This document shows, one piece after another, positions 14,041 through 25,552 of a stretch of 64,000 nt of DNA. The first letter of the stretch is position 1. Each line of letters begins with the position of its first letter. The notes beneath the pieces are model-generated. The model was not told the origin of the DNA and made no database searches. It saw only the letters and a program-made list of their open reading frames with translations. Both the position numbers and the translations under genes were made by a program. This DNA is from Eledone cirrhosa (Eukaryota). The stretch spans positions 50,158,001 through 50,222,000 of the forward strand of contig OZ024747.1 in NCBI GenBank assembly GCA_964016885.1, in the 5' to 3' direction.

Positions 14041-14085
14041 ATACTAGCTGGCCCGGTTAGGTATACCGGCATTTTATCTTTTCAG

Positions 14086-16847
14086 AGCTCAAATGATTCA
14101 TGGTCCATGTGGGGGATTCAACCCAAGGTCACCTTGCATGGAAAATGGAAAATGCAGCAAGAAGTTTTCACGCGAATTCCTAAAGGAGACAGAAACGGGG
14201 CATGATGGCTACCCACTGTATAGGAGAAGAAAGCCAGAGGATGGCGGGAAAACACACACAGCCATTATAAGAGTCAGTGGTCAGCCAGAAGAATTCATTA
14301 TTGACAACAGGTGGATTGTTCCGTACTGTCCTCTCCTCTCCAAAGCCTTAGATGCACACATCAACGTTGAATTCTGCAATTCCATAAAGTCGATCAAGTA
14401 TGTCTGCAAATATGTCAACAAGGGGTCAGACATGACAGTGTTCAACCTGCAAGCACAGAGTGGCAGAGATGAAGTGAAACAATACCAGAGTGGTCGATAC
14501 ATAAGCAGCAGTGAGGCCATTTGGCGAATTCTCGGTTTCCCACTTCATGAACGCCATCCTGAAGTCGAACACCTGGCAGTGCATCTCGAAAATGGCCAGA
14601 GAGTTTTCTTCCATCCAGAACAGGCTGCTCAAATTGTCCAAGAACCACCGAAGGATACAACCCTTACGGCCTTTTTCAAGCTCTGCCAAGAAGACGAATT
14701 CGCGCAAACACTCTTCTATTGGCAACTTCCCCGCTTCTACACATGGAACAGATCAAACCGAACGTGGCAGCGTAGAAAGGCTGGCAAAGCAGTGGAAGGA
14801 CACCCACAAATCAAGTCAGCAGATGTTCTTGGAAGGGTCTACAACGTCCATCCGACTCAGTTCGAGTGTTTCTTCCTAAGAATGCTCCTGTTCGAGGTTA
14901 GAGGACCACAGTCTTTCCAAGATCTGAGAACCATCAATGGTCATCAATGTTCCTCTTACCGTTTGGCTTGCCAGATGCATGGTATGTTACACGATGACAG
15001 CCATTGGCACCTCACCCTGCAAGAAGCAGCAACTGCTAAAGTCCCTTCTCAGCTGCGAAAACTTTTTGCTATTATGCTGCACAACTGCGATCTCGCCGAC
15101 CCTCTCGCACTGTGGAACAACCACCGCGAAAGTCTAGCCGAGGACATCCTCCACCGCAGGCGCAGACACGATCCGAACGTAACATACGATGTCGTTTTTA
15201 ATGAGGCGCTCATTTGTCTTGAAAACAGTGTCCTGGAGATTGGTGGTAGGGCTCGACGTCACTATAACTTACCTGCTCCCGACAGAATTGTCCAGAGGTC
15301 ATCGTCTACAGAGCTTCTCCACGAGACGAGGTACGAGATCAGTGCTCTTAATTAGTTTGTTAATACCAACGAACCCAAATTGGTCCATTATCAGCAACTG
15401 GTTTACAACACCATTGTTGATGATGTGAGAACCAACAAGGGTGGTCTCTTCTTCTTTGATGCTCCAGGAGACACGGGAAAGACATTCGTTATCAACCTCT
15501 TACTTGCAACGGTAAGAAAGAACAGGTGGATCACACTGACCGTTGCTTCCTCTGGAATTGCAGCGACTCTTCTCTCCGGAGGTCGCACCGCTCATTCCAG
15601 TTTCAAACTCCCGCTGAACCTTGCGAAGATTGAAACTCCAATCTGCAACATTCCACGCGGAAGTGTTCTGGCTGATCTCATCAAGCAGTGTCGCCTCATT
15701 CTCTGGGATGAATGCACTATGGCTCACAAAGGTACTTCTTTCTAATTTGGGCGTCATTTTTGTTTTTCTACTTCTTTGTTTTTTTAGCACTTTTTGCATC
15801 CTCCTATAATTCCTTTTTCAAGCTTTTTTTTCTCACACAGTTGCTTTTGAGGCGCTGGACAGGACACTGCAAAACGTTCGAGGAAATAACTCTGTCATGG
15901 GAAGCGTTACCTTCGTCATGGCTGATGACTTCAGACAAACACTTCCAGTTATCCCTCGCAGAACTCGAGCTGACGAGGTGAAGGCATCAATTAAGTCTTC
16001 ATACCTCTGGAACAACATCTCAAAGCTCAGTCTGTCGACCAATATGAAGGTCCACCTGCATGGTGACCAACATGCAGGGATCTTTGCACAGCGCCTACTT
16101 GAGCTTGGAAGAGGGGCAACAAGTGCTGGCGATTGACTCATTGGTGTGGATCGAATTGGGATGGTCGTCCAGACAGAAGAACTTTCATCCGAGGTCTTCC
16201 CACGGCTGTCTGAGAATTTCACTTGCCATGATTGGCTCTGTAAAAGAGCAATACTTGCACCAAGAAATGACAGTGTCAGAGACATCAACGATAGGCTGCT
16301 CAAGCAGATCCCTGGGCCTGTTCACGCGTACAAATCAATCGATTGTGTGGTTGACGCAGATGTGGCAGTTCAATACCCAGTGGAATTCTTGAACTCTCTT
16401 GATTTGCCAGGAGTTTCTCCACACAGGTTGGAGTTAAAGCTTGGTGCCCCTATCATCCTGCTGCGAAATCTGAACCCATCAAAGCTCTGCAATGGCACAC
16501 GACTTGCAGTGAAGCAGATGCTGCGTCATGTCATTGAAGTCACAATCATGACTGAAGTTGGTAGGGGAGAAGATGTATTTATTCTTCGCATCCCGTTGCT
16601 GCCAGCCGACTTACCCTTTGAGTTCAAGCGACTTCAGTTTCCAATAAGACTAAGCTTCGCGATTACCATCAACAAAGCTCAGGGTCAAACCCTAAAAGTG
16701 GCTGGCCTTCATCTGGGAAAACCATGCTTCTCCGATGGTAAATTGTATGTAGGTTGCTCTAGGGTGAGCTCGCCCAACAATCTCTTCATCTTTGCTCTCG
16801 AGGACCGAACAAAACATATTGTGTACTCTGAGGCTCTAACAATGTAA
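14086..16847 (+). pseudogene. Helitron RepHel (end of Rep region plus PIF1 helicase), N-terminally truncated, two in-frame stops
   Basis: MIHGPCG, GYPLYRRR, HINVEFC..IKYVCKYVNKG, APGDTGKT, ASSGIAATLL..GRTAHS, LWDECTM, DFRQTLPV, LRNL..LCNGTRL, QFPIRLSFAITINKAQGQT; stops at 15353 and 16134. Confidence 0.95.
15732..15840 (+). other. GT-AG intron in the Helitron helicase
   Basis: aaag|gtactt...polypyrimidine..cacag|ttgct; removal restores MAHKVAFEALDRTLQNVRGNN. Confidence 0.85.
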
Positions 16848-17088
16848 TTTATGTATTTTTTATTACTTGGAATTTCCATTATGGTTGTACAAGTTATTGT
16901 AAAGTTTGTTAAAAAGTTGTTCTCTCTTCAGCCTATATTGTTGTAACTATCAATTTTCTTCAACGTACTGGCTGCTAAAAACTATTCAAACCCAACATCA
17001 GAGCACGTTACCCCCCCCCCCCCCGCCCCCATCCTCACTGACTTGAGAGGGTGTGCGGTATCTTTGCACTGGAGTGGAGGGAGGTTTC

Positions 17089-17145
17089 CTGAAAAGATAA
17101 AATGCCGGCATACCTCGCCGGCGCCAGCCGGACGGACCAGGTAGT
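17089..17145 (+). terminator. Helitron 3' terminus (GC hairpin plus CTAG-like end)
   Basis: gccggc-atacctc-gccggc hairpin, then ..ccaggtag|t. Confidence 0.65.
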
Positions 17146-17172
17146 ATACATATATACGTACATATATACATA

Positions 17173-17268
<96 letters not shown>

Positions 17269-17330
17269 GTGTATATATATATACATATACGTACATATGT
17301 ACGTAGTGTACATATATACATATATATATA

Positions 17331-17660
17331 TTGTAGTATATTATAAGCTACTAATGTATGTGGTTAATTATAATAATTTAATAATTATGTAAGTAAATAT
17401 ATAACGTATTTGTCAATTTTACCTATGTAAACAACTATGGGGAAATAACTCTAAATTAGTTTATACTCTAAATTAACGTTTATGATATGTTTATCGAAAA
17501 CATACCTTGAATACAATGTTTGAAGCCTTATCTAATTTAGAGTTATTTCCCCATAGTTGTTTACATAGGTAAAATTGACAAATACATTATTTATTTACTT
17601 ACATAATTATTAAATTATTATAATTAACCATATACATTAGTAGCTTATAATATACTACAA
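17331..17660. repeat. Inverted repeat, about 130-bp arms, 72-bp spacer
   Basis: 17331-17459 vs 17532-17660; left arm abuts (TA)n. Confidence 0.9.
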
Positions 17661-17765
17661 TACAATACATCTTTTTAAAATATATATAACCAATATATTT
17701 AGCTTCATATTCTTAAAGTATATGTTAAAATATATATGTATAGTTACGTGATTTTTTCTACGCTC

Positions 17766-17804
<39 letters not shown>

Positions 17805-17811
<7 letters not shown>

Positions 17812-18095
17812 ATACTTGGGGAGGGTCATATTTGTGTAATAATATTGCCAGAATTAATAACAGAACACACTCACTGTTTGGTTGGTCTTTTATATCGGTT
17901 AATTTAATTTATTCGGTCCTCAATGTTACCATTGACTGACCAACGGTCAAAAATACAGATATAATATAGACACAAACACATATATATAGTCTAACAAAGT
18001 TCTTTCGTTGCACATCTGCAACATCATCGTGTGTTCTGTTATTAATTCTGGCAATATTATTACACAAATATGACCCTCCCCAAGTATAACAATAT
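17805..18095. repeat. Inverted repeat, about 65-bp arms
   Basis: tattgttatacttggggagggtcata..gaacac vs gtgttc..tatgaccctccccaagtataacaata; same family folds back at 51889-51955. Confidence 0.9.
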
Positions 18096-18145
18096 TTGTT
18101 TCGACACACGATTTCATATAAAAAACCTCGCAAAACTAACTCATC

Positions 18146-18257
18146 GAGTTCAAATCCCGCCAAGGTTAACTTTGCCTTTCATCCTTACGGGGTCGATAAA
18201 ATAAAGTACCAGTAATGAACTGGGTAATTACTGGCCTTGTGCCTAACGTAGAAACAG

Positions 18258-18259
<2 letters not shown>
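18146..18259 (+). mobile_element. SINE family A, 5'-truncated
   Basis: Family core. Confidence 0.9.
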
Positions 18260-18308
<49 letters not shown>

Positions 18309-18792
18309 TATACATACATAATTCTACATTAATATTTCACCCTCTAACGACCAATATAAACACGCTATTTTTTAAAATTTATCAAGCATCTATAATAACG
18401 GTCCTTTTCTGTTTTAATGTATCCTTGTTAACTTATATCCCTTGTGATTTTGAATTTTTACCTCACTGCCGATAGCGGGCTTATACTATTAAGTTTACGC
18501 TAAGGTATGTCTATATCTTAACACCAAATATTATATTTTATCTGATGAAAGCATACTAAAATTTAGTATCCTTGAAATATGTGTCTATAGTAGGTATTAT
18601 ATATAATTATTTGCGTACTTACGAGAATATGTACATATATATATTTGCAGCAGGCATCTTCATATGGAGCCCATATATAAACATATATATTTATATTTAC
18701 CAATATTTATCTCTCGAGTTATCAGTGTGTGACTGTCTGTCTGCCACTCTGACTTCCTCTCTGTTTCTCTCTCTATATATAGAAAAACAAAC

Positions 18793-19108
18793 GTTTGGCT
18801 TGATGTTTAGAGCGTTTAACTCACAATCTTAGGGTCGTGAATTCGATATCAGGCGGCCTGTTGTCTCCTTGAGGGAGACTCTATTTCATGTGGTTCCAGT
18901 CCACTTCGCTGATAAAAATTATTTGTAGTTGTGATTTAAAGAGAAAATCTTGTCACACACTTTGTCACGCTGAATCTCCATGAGAACTACGTTAAGAGTA
19001 CACATGTCTGTGGAATACTCAACTTCTTTTACGAAAATTTCACGAGCAAGCTGCTTTGTTGATAGAATCAACTGGAACACTCATCCTCTGAACTGACGGA
19101 GGTCCAAC
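18793..19108 (+). mobile_element. SINE family B
   Basis: tRNA-like head; body shared with 1243-1545. Confidence 0.75.
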
Positions 19109-19149
19109 ACACGCGCACAAGAGAGTGCTCCATTGATTCAAATAACTGA

Positions 19150-19422
19150 ACTGCCTGCTCATGAAATTAACGTGTAAGTGGCGGAGCATTCCACAAACAC
19201 GTGTACCCTTAATGTAGTTCTCGGGGAGATTCAGCATAACACAGTGTATGACGAGGCTAGTCCCTTGAATTACTGGTACAACTCATTTTTGCCAGCTGAG
19301 ATGGCTGGAGTAAGTTGAAATAAACTGTCTTGTTGAAGGACACAACGCGTCGCCCGGTCCGAAAATCGAAATCACGACCTTACGATTGTAAGCCGAAAAC
19401 CCTGACCACTAAACCACACGCC
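19150..19422 (-). mobile_element. SINE family B, tail-to-tail with the previous copy
   Basis: Reverse complement of the family B body; head ggcgtgtggtttagtggtcagg. Confidence 0.75.
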
Positions 19423-20327
19423 TTCATACATGCACATAAAAACACAAACACACACACATACATTATGGCATAGACAAAACCGCTAATATATGACATGCTA
19501 TAAACTAAATGCCCAGTCTCATGATTTATAACTCTAAAACTTTTTTGGCACATTAAAAGATCCTCTAAAGACCTATCCAAAATATAGTTTGAAAGCCTTG
19601 CTGAAGATAGAATATATTGTGGAACACATAAACGAAGCTGAAGGAAATACATTACAGATTGGTCTAACTTCAAAAACTGGAACACATTAAGTTTTACCAG
19701 TAAAGTCATGAATGGAGAGATCTTCCAATTGTGGAATGGTCTAACTTAAAAACACTGGACTACATTAAGTTTTACCAGTAAAGACAAGAATGAATGGAAA
19801 GATCTTCCAAATGTGGATGAGCAGTCTGATAATTCGCGGAGAAGCGATGTGGGATGATGAGATAAATAAGAGAAGGCGAAGTGTAATTCGGAAAAGAAAA
19901 AAAAAAGAAAAAGAAAAATACTGAGGAGATACGAGTCTTATTTAATTCTGAAAGTATAAATAAACCTACACTTAAAATATCTGAGACGGTGTTAACCGAA
20001 AGTGACAAGGAGACAATTATTAGTTAAAAGATAGAATCAATTTAAATAGATTACAATTTAAATACATCACAAAAGGTTCAAGATAAAAGGAACAATGAGT
20101 TCACACAAATCAAAGATATCTTTAGCTCAAAAAGAAAAATATATCTTGTAGATTAAACAAAATTCTAAGACTTCAAACAGTGTAGAGTGAAAAAATTCAC
20201 CGTTATTCAAAGTACACGCGGAATAGGTGAACACACCATCTATTGGCAAGCTAATTAAAGGAAGACGGATTAAATAATAGAATAAAGTTAAAAGTGACCA
20301 TATTCGTATCTTAATGAAATCTATAGC

Positions 20328-20425
<98 letters not shown>

Positions 20426-20527
20426 GTATATGTAAAAGGTAAACAGAAATAACAAAAATAACAAAACAAACGGCATTGTATATGGACGGAATATATTAAT
20501 TTAACGCTTGAAATAGCAGGAAGAGGG

Positions 20528-20561
20528 TCTTAACGTTTTGGACGCTAGTCCTTCATCAGAA
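20528..20561 (-). ncRNA. Degenerate minimal hammerhead in a PLE-type repeat (about 20430-20600)
   Basis: tt-CTGATGA-aggactagcgtcc-AAAA(for GAAA)-cgttaaga. Confidence 0.5.
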
Positions 20562-20689
20562 GAAAGAATGAGAAATTAGAAAGATTGAAGGGACGGGTGG
20601 AATCAAAAAATTTCTTTTAGAGAAAAATTACAGGTCCATTCATGTTGCCATGTATATATGTTCTTCTGGTTTTATAATTTCACAAATTT

Positions 20690-23600
20690 TTGCCAATAGA
20701 GAGAGAGTCGGTTTCTAACATAGTTACAAGAGTCTCTCATTAGAATTTACACAACATCAACTAGGTAGATATGTATGCATGGCTGCATGCATGCATGTGT
20801 AGGTATGGATGTTATTGTATGTGTGGATGTGTATGTTGTGAGTTGTATGAGTGCATGTGTATACGCTTTGTATCTGTACATGTGCATATGCAGTTATCAG
20901 ATGCAAAAGTTTTGGAATGTTTTACATGTTTTTACTGTTCCATTAATGGATTATACTTGTAATTTGCTAACTAGGTGTGTTCTTTCTGTTCCTGTGAAGC
21001 CCAGCTTCTCAAGATTTGTATTGAGGCAGTTACTAACATACCCCAGTGCCCCAATAATCACAGGCATAAATCTGAAGGTATAATCAGGGTGGAGTATCTG
21101 CAGATTTCTTATTAGTTCTGCATAATCTTTGATATTATATTGGCATCTGCTGGGCAGCTAACTTCCACTACTGTGCATGCTTTCTTCTCGCTGTCCCATA
21201 TTATAATATCAGGTCTTTTATGCCTGCATTTTATTGGGGTTTTTTATAGGAACATTCCACCAGTACTCTTTCATATTATGTATATGTATGTCTTCCACAT
21301 TGCTGTAACTTTTAATGTGTTTATTATCGGGGCTATCTTTTCTACGGATTGCATTGTACAGTGTTTTGGCTACAACATCATGCCTCATAGGTAGATAGTA
21401 CCGCGATGATAGTACTGCTTATGACATGGGTGACATCTTCGATGTTAATTCTGCAGAGTCTGCACTTGTTATCACGTCTAGGTGTTTTGCCTGCATCTCT
21501 ATCTCTTTTGTGAATCAGGTATTTCATGTTGATTTCCTGTTCTTGGTTTGCAAAAGCGTATCCTTCAAAGTGGGAGCCAATATAGCGGTTGTTGGTCCAA
21601 GATAGACTACTTTCTTTATCTATATTACTCTCACCCTGGAGCTTCCTGGCAACATATCCATGCATGATTTTTTTGCTGATAAGCATGCAGTTTTTCATTC
21701 ATGGATTCACTGCGGTACTGCTGAGCAACTTCCCTGGGTGTGAGATTTTGATTATCACATAGGGAAAACCTTTCAAGGAGTTCCTTCCCAACTCTCATGA
21801 TATTATCTGTTTTATGCAGATAGACTTGCTCCTCGAGAGAGGGGCTCCCACACTTTGAGGCCGTAGATGTCGGAGAGATATGATGCGACACTCAAATGCT
21901 GTGTGGACTGATGTTAAGCCTCTGCCTCCCTGCTTACGTTTCAAGTAAAGGCGGTCTATGTCACTGTTGATGTGGAAGTTTCCGGTGTTGTTTAGTATTT
22001 TTCGAGTTCTAACATCAATTGTTCGGATTTCGTCTATCGTCCAATTGATTATTCCAAACGTTGGTGGTAGGACAGGCACAGCAAACACATTGTGAGCCAC
22101 TGTTTTATTGTGCGCAGAGAGTTTCGATGACCATATGTTTCTTAATCGGGTGTAATATTCCCTGATTATGCGTTCCTTATTACAAAACCCATTATAGAAT
22201 ATGTTCTCATCTACCCCCAGATATCTAGCAGGCCTCATCAGATATCGGTGAAACAAATAGGCCATTAATGATAATGTTGCTAGATTGGGGTGTTGTTTAT
22301 CTTCGCTTTACAGTCATATATGAGCATTTATCTTGGCTAAACTTCATTCCTATATCCCTTGAGAAAGTTGTAACCAGGTCAAGATTTTTCTTCATCCCAT
22401 CTATGTTCTTGGCAGAGTTTCAGATCATTCACAAAGAAGTTATGGGTTAGGTTCGTATTTCTGTCTTCCTGTGAACCAACGATGTATCCCTCACATTTTT
22501 TGAGCAGAAAGGACAAGGGGTTTAATGACAGGATGAATAATATTACAGAGAGACTGTCTCCCTGAAATATACCCATGTGATATTCTATTTTATCAGTGAA
22601 AATAGAGTCCTCCTTCTCTGTCTTTAACTTTAGGATAGTAGCCCAAGAAGAAGACAGCTTCTCTATGACTGATAATAATGTCTGGGACTTTAGCAAGTCG
22701 GAGGCCCTTTATCCTCCAAGAGTGGGGAACATAATCGAAAGCTTTCCTGTAGCCATATTCCTCCTAAGTTGTCGCACCTCCGACATCGCAGTTTTGTTGA
22801 TTAGAAGTTGTTCAGCACATCCCCAAACCCCTTTCTTTCCAGCTGCTTGTTCATCTGTGATGATGTTATTATTTTCACAGTGATCTTTGAGAATTAGGTT
22901 CAGGCAGGCTGTATACATCTTATACATCAGGTTCTGGCATGCAATGGGTCGGTAGTTTTTATCAAGTGGGTGTCTTTGTCCTTGGGGGCCAGTAATGTTT
23001 GTGCTAAGTGTATCTCCCTTAAGAACTTGTTGGTAGAGGTCGGTAAGATACCTCCGATAGAATATCAGTTTTTTGTACCAGTAGCCGACAATCATGTCTC
23101 TTCCTGGTGTTTTCTTATCTTGGAGTTTTTCTATCACAGTCTCAAGGGTACCCTCACTTATTTCGTATGTTTTTGTTGTAGTGTAGGAGCAATAGTTCTT
23201 TCGGATTTCTCTTAGTCACACTGCATCTTGATTGAAATTCTTCTTTTCACCCCATATTTTTCTCCAAAAGGAATCTATGTCTTTCTGGTATGGGGCCTCA
23301 GTGACACTTATTATTTTGCCTTTCATATCTCTATAGACTGATGTTTGGTTTCGTCTGAATCTTTTATTTAGCATTTTTCTTTTATCTACCTTCTTCAGGT
23401 ATCGGCGTTTTTCGCTAACAGCTCTCAGTTCTTGTTTGAGGGTGATCAGCTTATATTGAAGAGTTCAGGTTCTACTGTTACCAAACATCGTCTGTATTTT
23501 ATTTTTCACTCTTTGTTGGTGAGGAGTGAAGTTTTTTTGTGTTTGTTTGCATGTAAGGAGCATTGTCACATATCCTATGGTTTTTCGTAGGTCAGCAATC

Positions 23601-24737
23601 TTTTTTTCTATTTTAGTTATATATGATGGTACTTTTGGTGGTGTTTTGTTCTTGTTAATATCTCTGCTATCACCAAGATAATGCTTCACTGTCGTTGCTA
23701 AGGCATATAAACAGGCGCTGATTTGCCAAAATGTTGTGGTTTTTATCCGTCGTAAATATTCATCCTCTATTTCGTCAATAAGACGTAATATTTCATTATT
23801 TTGTTTTGTTATTAAATGTTGTTGTTTTAATACATTCAGCAAGAGAAATGTTTATACATTAATTAATTTTTCTCTGGAAGATTTCGTTGAGGGAAATTTT
23901 CAATTGTTTATACTTTTGATTATTATCATTATCGATAGTATTTTCGACAACAGTCGAGGTAGACTCGGATGGTACACATGGTGCCACATTTCTTCAATTA
24001 TTATTATTACTTCTTTGATTATTATTATTATCGCTAGTGTTTTCCCCAGCATTCGAGGTAGACCTAGATGGTACAGGTGGTGTCAATTTTCTTACAGGCA
24101 TATTTGTTTCAAGGCACTGTTCGACCTGGCTGCTAGGAAGTCTAGTAGCATGGCGACCTTAGCACGTGTTGTTGATTCCATGTTTGTTGTGGGGGACTTA
24201 CAATTAATAATATTTATCTTATTTTTACGTTCAATAAACGTCGCTTGTTGGCGTAATTGTTTCGCTGTGAAGTGATTTAGCTCTGGGTGTATTTCGTCCC
24301 AGTGTAGCTTCATTCTATTCATATAGCCAATGGGGGGGGGGGGATTGTTTTTTTGCCATTTTATAACAATTAAATAAATCATTATTAAGTTTCCAACTCC
24401 AAGAGAAATGCGATTTATAATTTCGATTTCTTCTGTAGCTACAACTGAATAAATTTTGATTACCTTTCTCGTTTTTCTTCGGTACTCCACTGATGTTGTT
24501 GTTGATGTTGTGTTCAGCCATGCTGTTTGAGCAAATCCTTGTAAAATGAATTAATGTATTTAGTCGGATATCTCTACGAATTCGAATAAAAGGTGTCTTC
24601 CGTGGATATAGTTAGAAGAATACCCAGTTATTCAACATGACTGGTAGTTGTGGCATTACTCTCGGAGATAGTATTCATCTTAAATTTAATGAATAGTCTC
24701 CGACGCCAAAATGTGCAACTGATCCCGTTGACTGACT
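20690..24737 (-). mobile_element. R4/Dong-like RLE non-LTR retrotransposon, near full length, frameshifted
   Basis: GYMNRMKLHWDE N-terminus; NYRPIAC, EQLLIN, GIFQGDSLS, FVNDLKL, RLYLKRKQGGRGL, CRLC..EDVTHV, RHD and RPDII endonuclease motifs. Confidence 0.9.
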
Positions 24738-24821
24738 ATGTATGTATGTATGTATGTATGTATGTATGTATGTATGTATGTATGTATGTATGTATGTATG
24801 TATGTATGTATGTATGTATGT

Positions 24822-25430
24822 GTCAGGTCACCAGTTGGTGCTACTGGTAACATGTATCCCAGTACAACCTGTCTCATGGTCGGGTCGTTGGCGACTAAAC
24901 TGGCAACCCCACCAAGGTTTCTTGGTGAGGAGGGTGGCTTTGGACATCCTGCAGGACTAAAAACAAAACCTGTCAAAAGGCAAAGGGGCTCTTAAGAGTC
25001 AATAGCCATCAAAAATCACCGGGAGAGATGACCCCTTAGCCTTTGTCAAGGCAGACTTCTAGGAGAAGGGAAACTCTGATATAACACCTGCAACCCTGAT
25101 GGTATCCAATGATGTTGACTTGTTCTTCTTTTTGGTAAATATCATCTTGGTTAAGAGAGTGGGACTGGCTTTGTGCAGTGCCTTTGCTCATTATAAAAGC
25201 TTCACAGCACAGGCATTGCTTTATATCTGGAGATCACTCTGCACTCGTCGTCACATGGTACCATGGGCCCAGCACTATGTGTCAATAATTGTCACAAGTG
25301 TAGTGTTTGTACCAGAGTTTTCAAGTCGCTGGCTGGACTAAAAAGTCACATTCGTTCAGCGCAACAGTAGGGGTTCTCCTACATGGATATAAAGTAGTGG
25401 CCGTACTCGAAAACGAGTTGGCAGCCACCA
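24822..25430 (+). mobile_element. Non-autonomous RTE-related bipartite element
   Basis: Near-identical 5'-truncated copy at 42075-42435, relative at 39955-40285; internal [17 protein letters not shown] finger; sits within (TATG)n. Confidence 0.7.
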
Positions 25431-25552
25431 TGTATGTATGTATGTATGTATGTATGTATGTATGTATGTATGTATGTATGTATGTATGTATGTATGTATG
25501 TATGTATGTATGTATGTATGTATGTGTTTGTGTGTATGTATGTATATATATA

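Noticed and set aside
14071-14085. Splice acceptor ttatcttttcag before the Helitron ORF
   Set aside because: Better explained as part of the inverted copy of the 3' terminus, although cryptic use cannot be excluded.
14093-16847. Host PIF1 helicase gene
   Set aside because: Fused to Helitron Rep-region motifs, carries stops and degenerate Walker A, and has a Helitron terminus.
18793-19422. Large TIR element
   Set aside because: Two independently diverged SINE B copies in tail-to-tail orientation.
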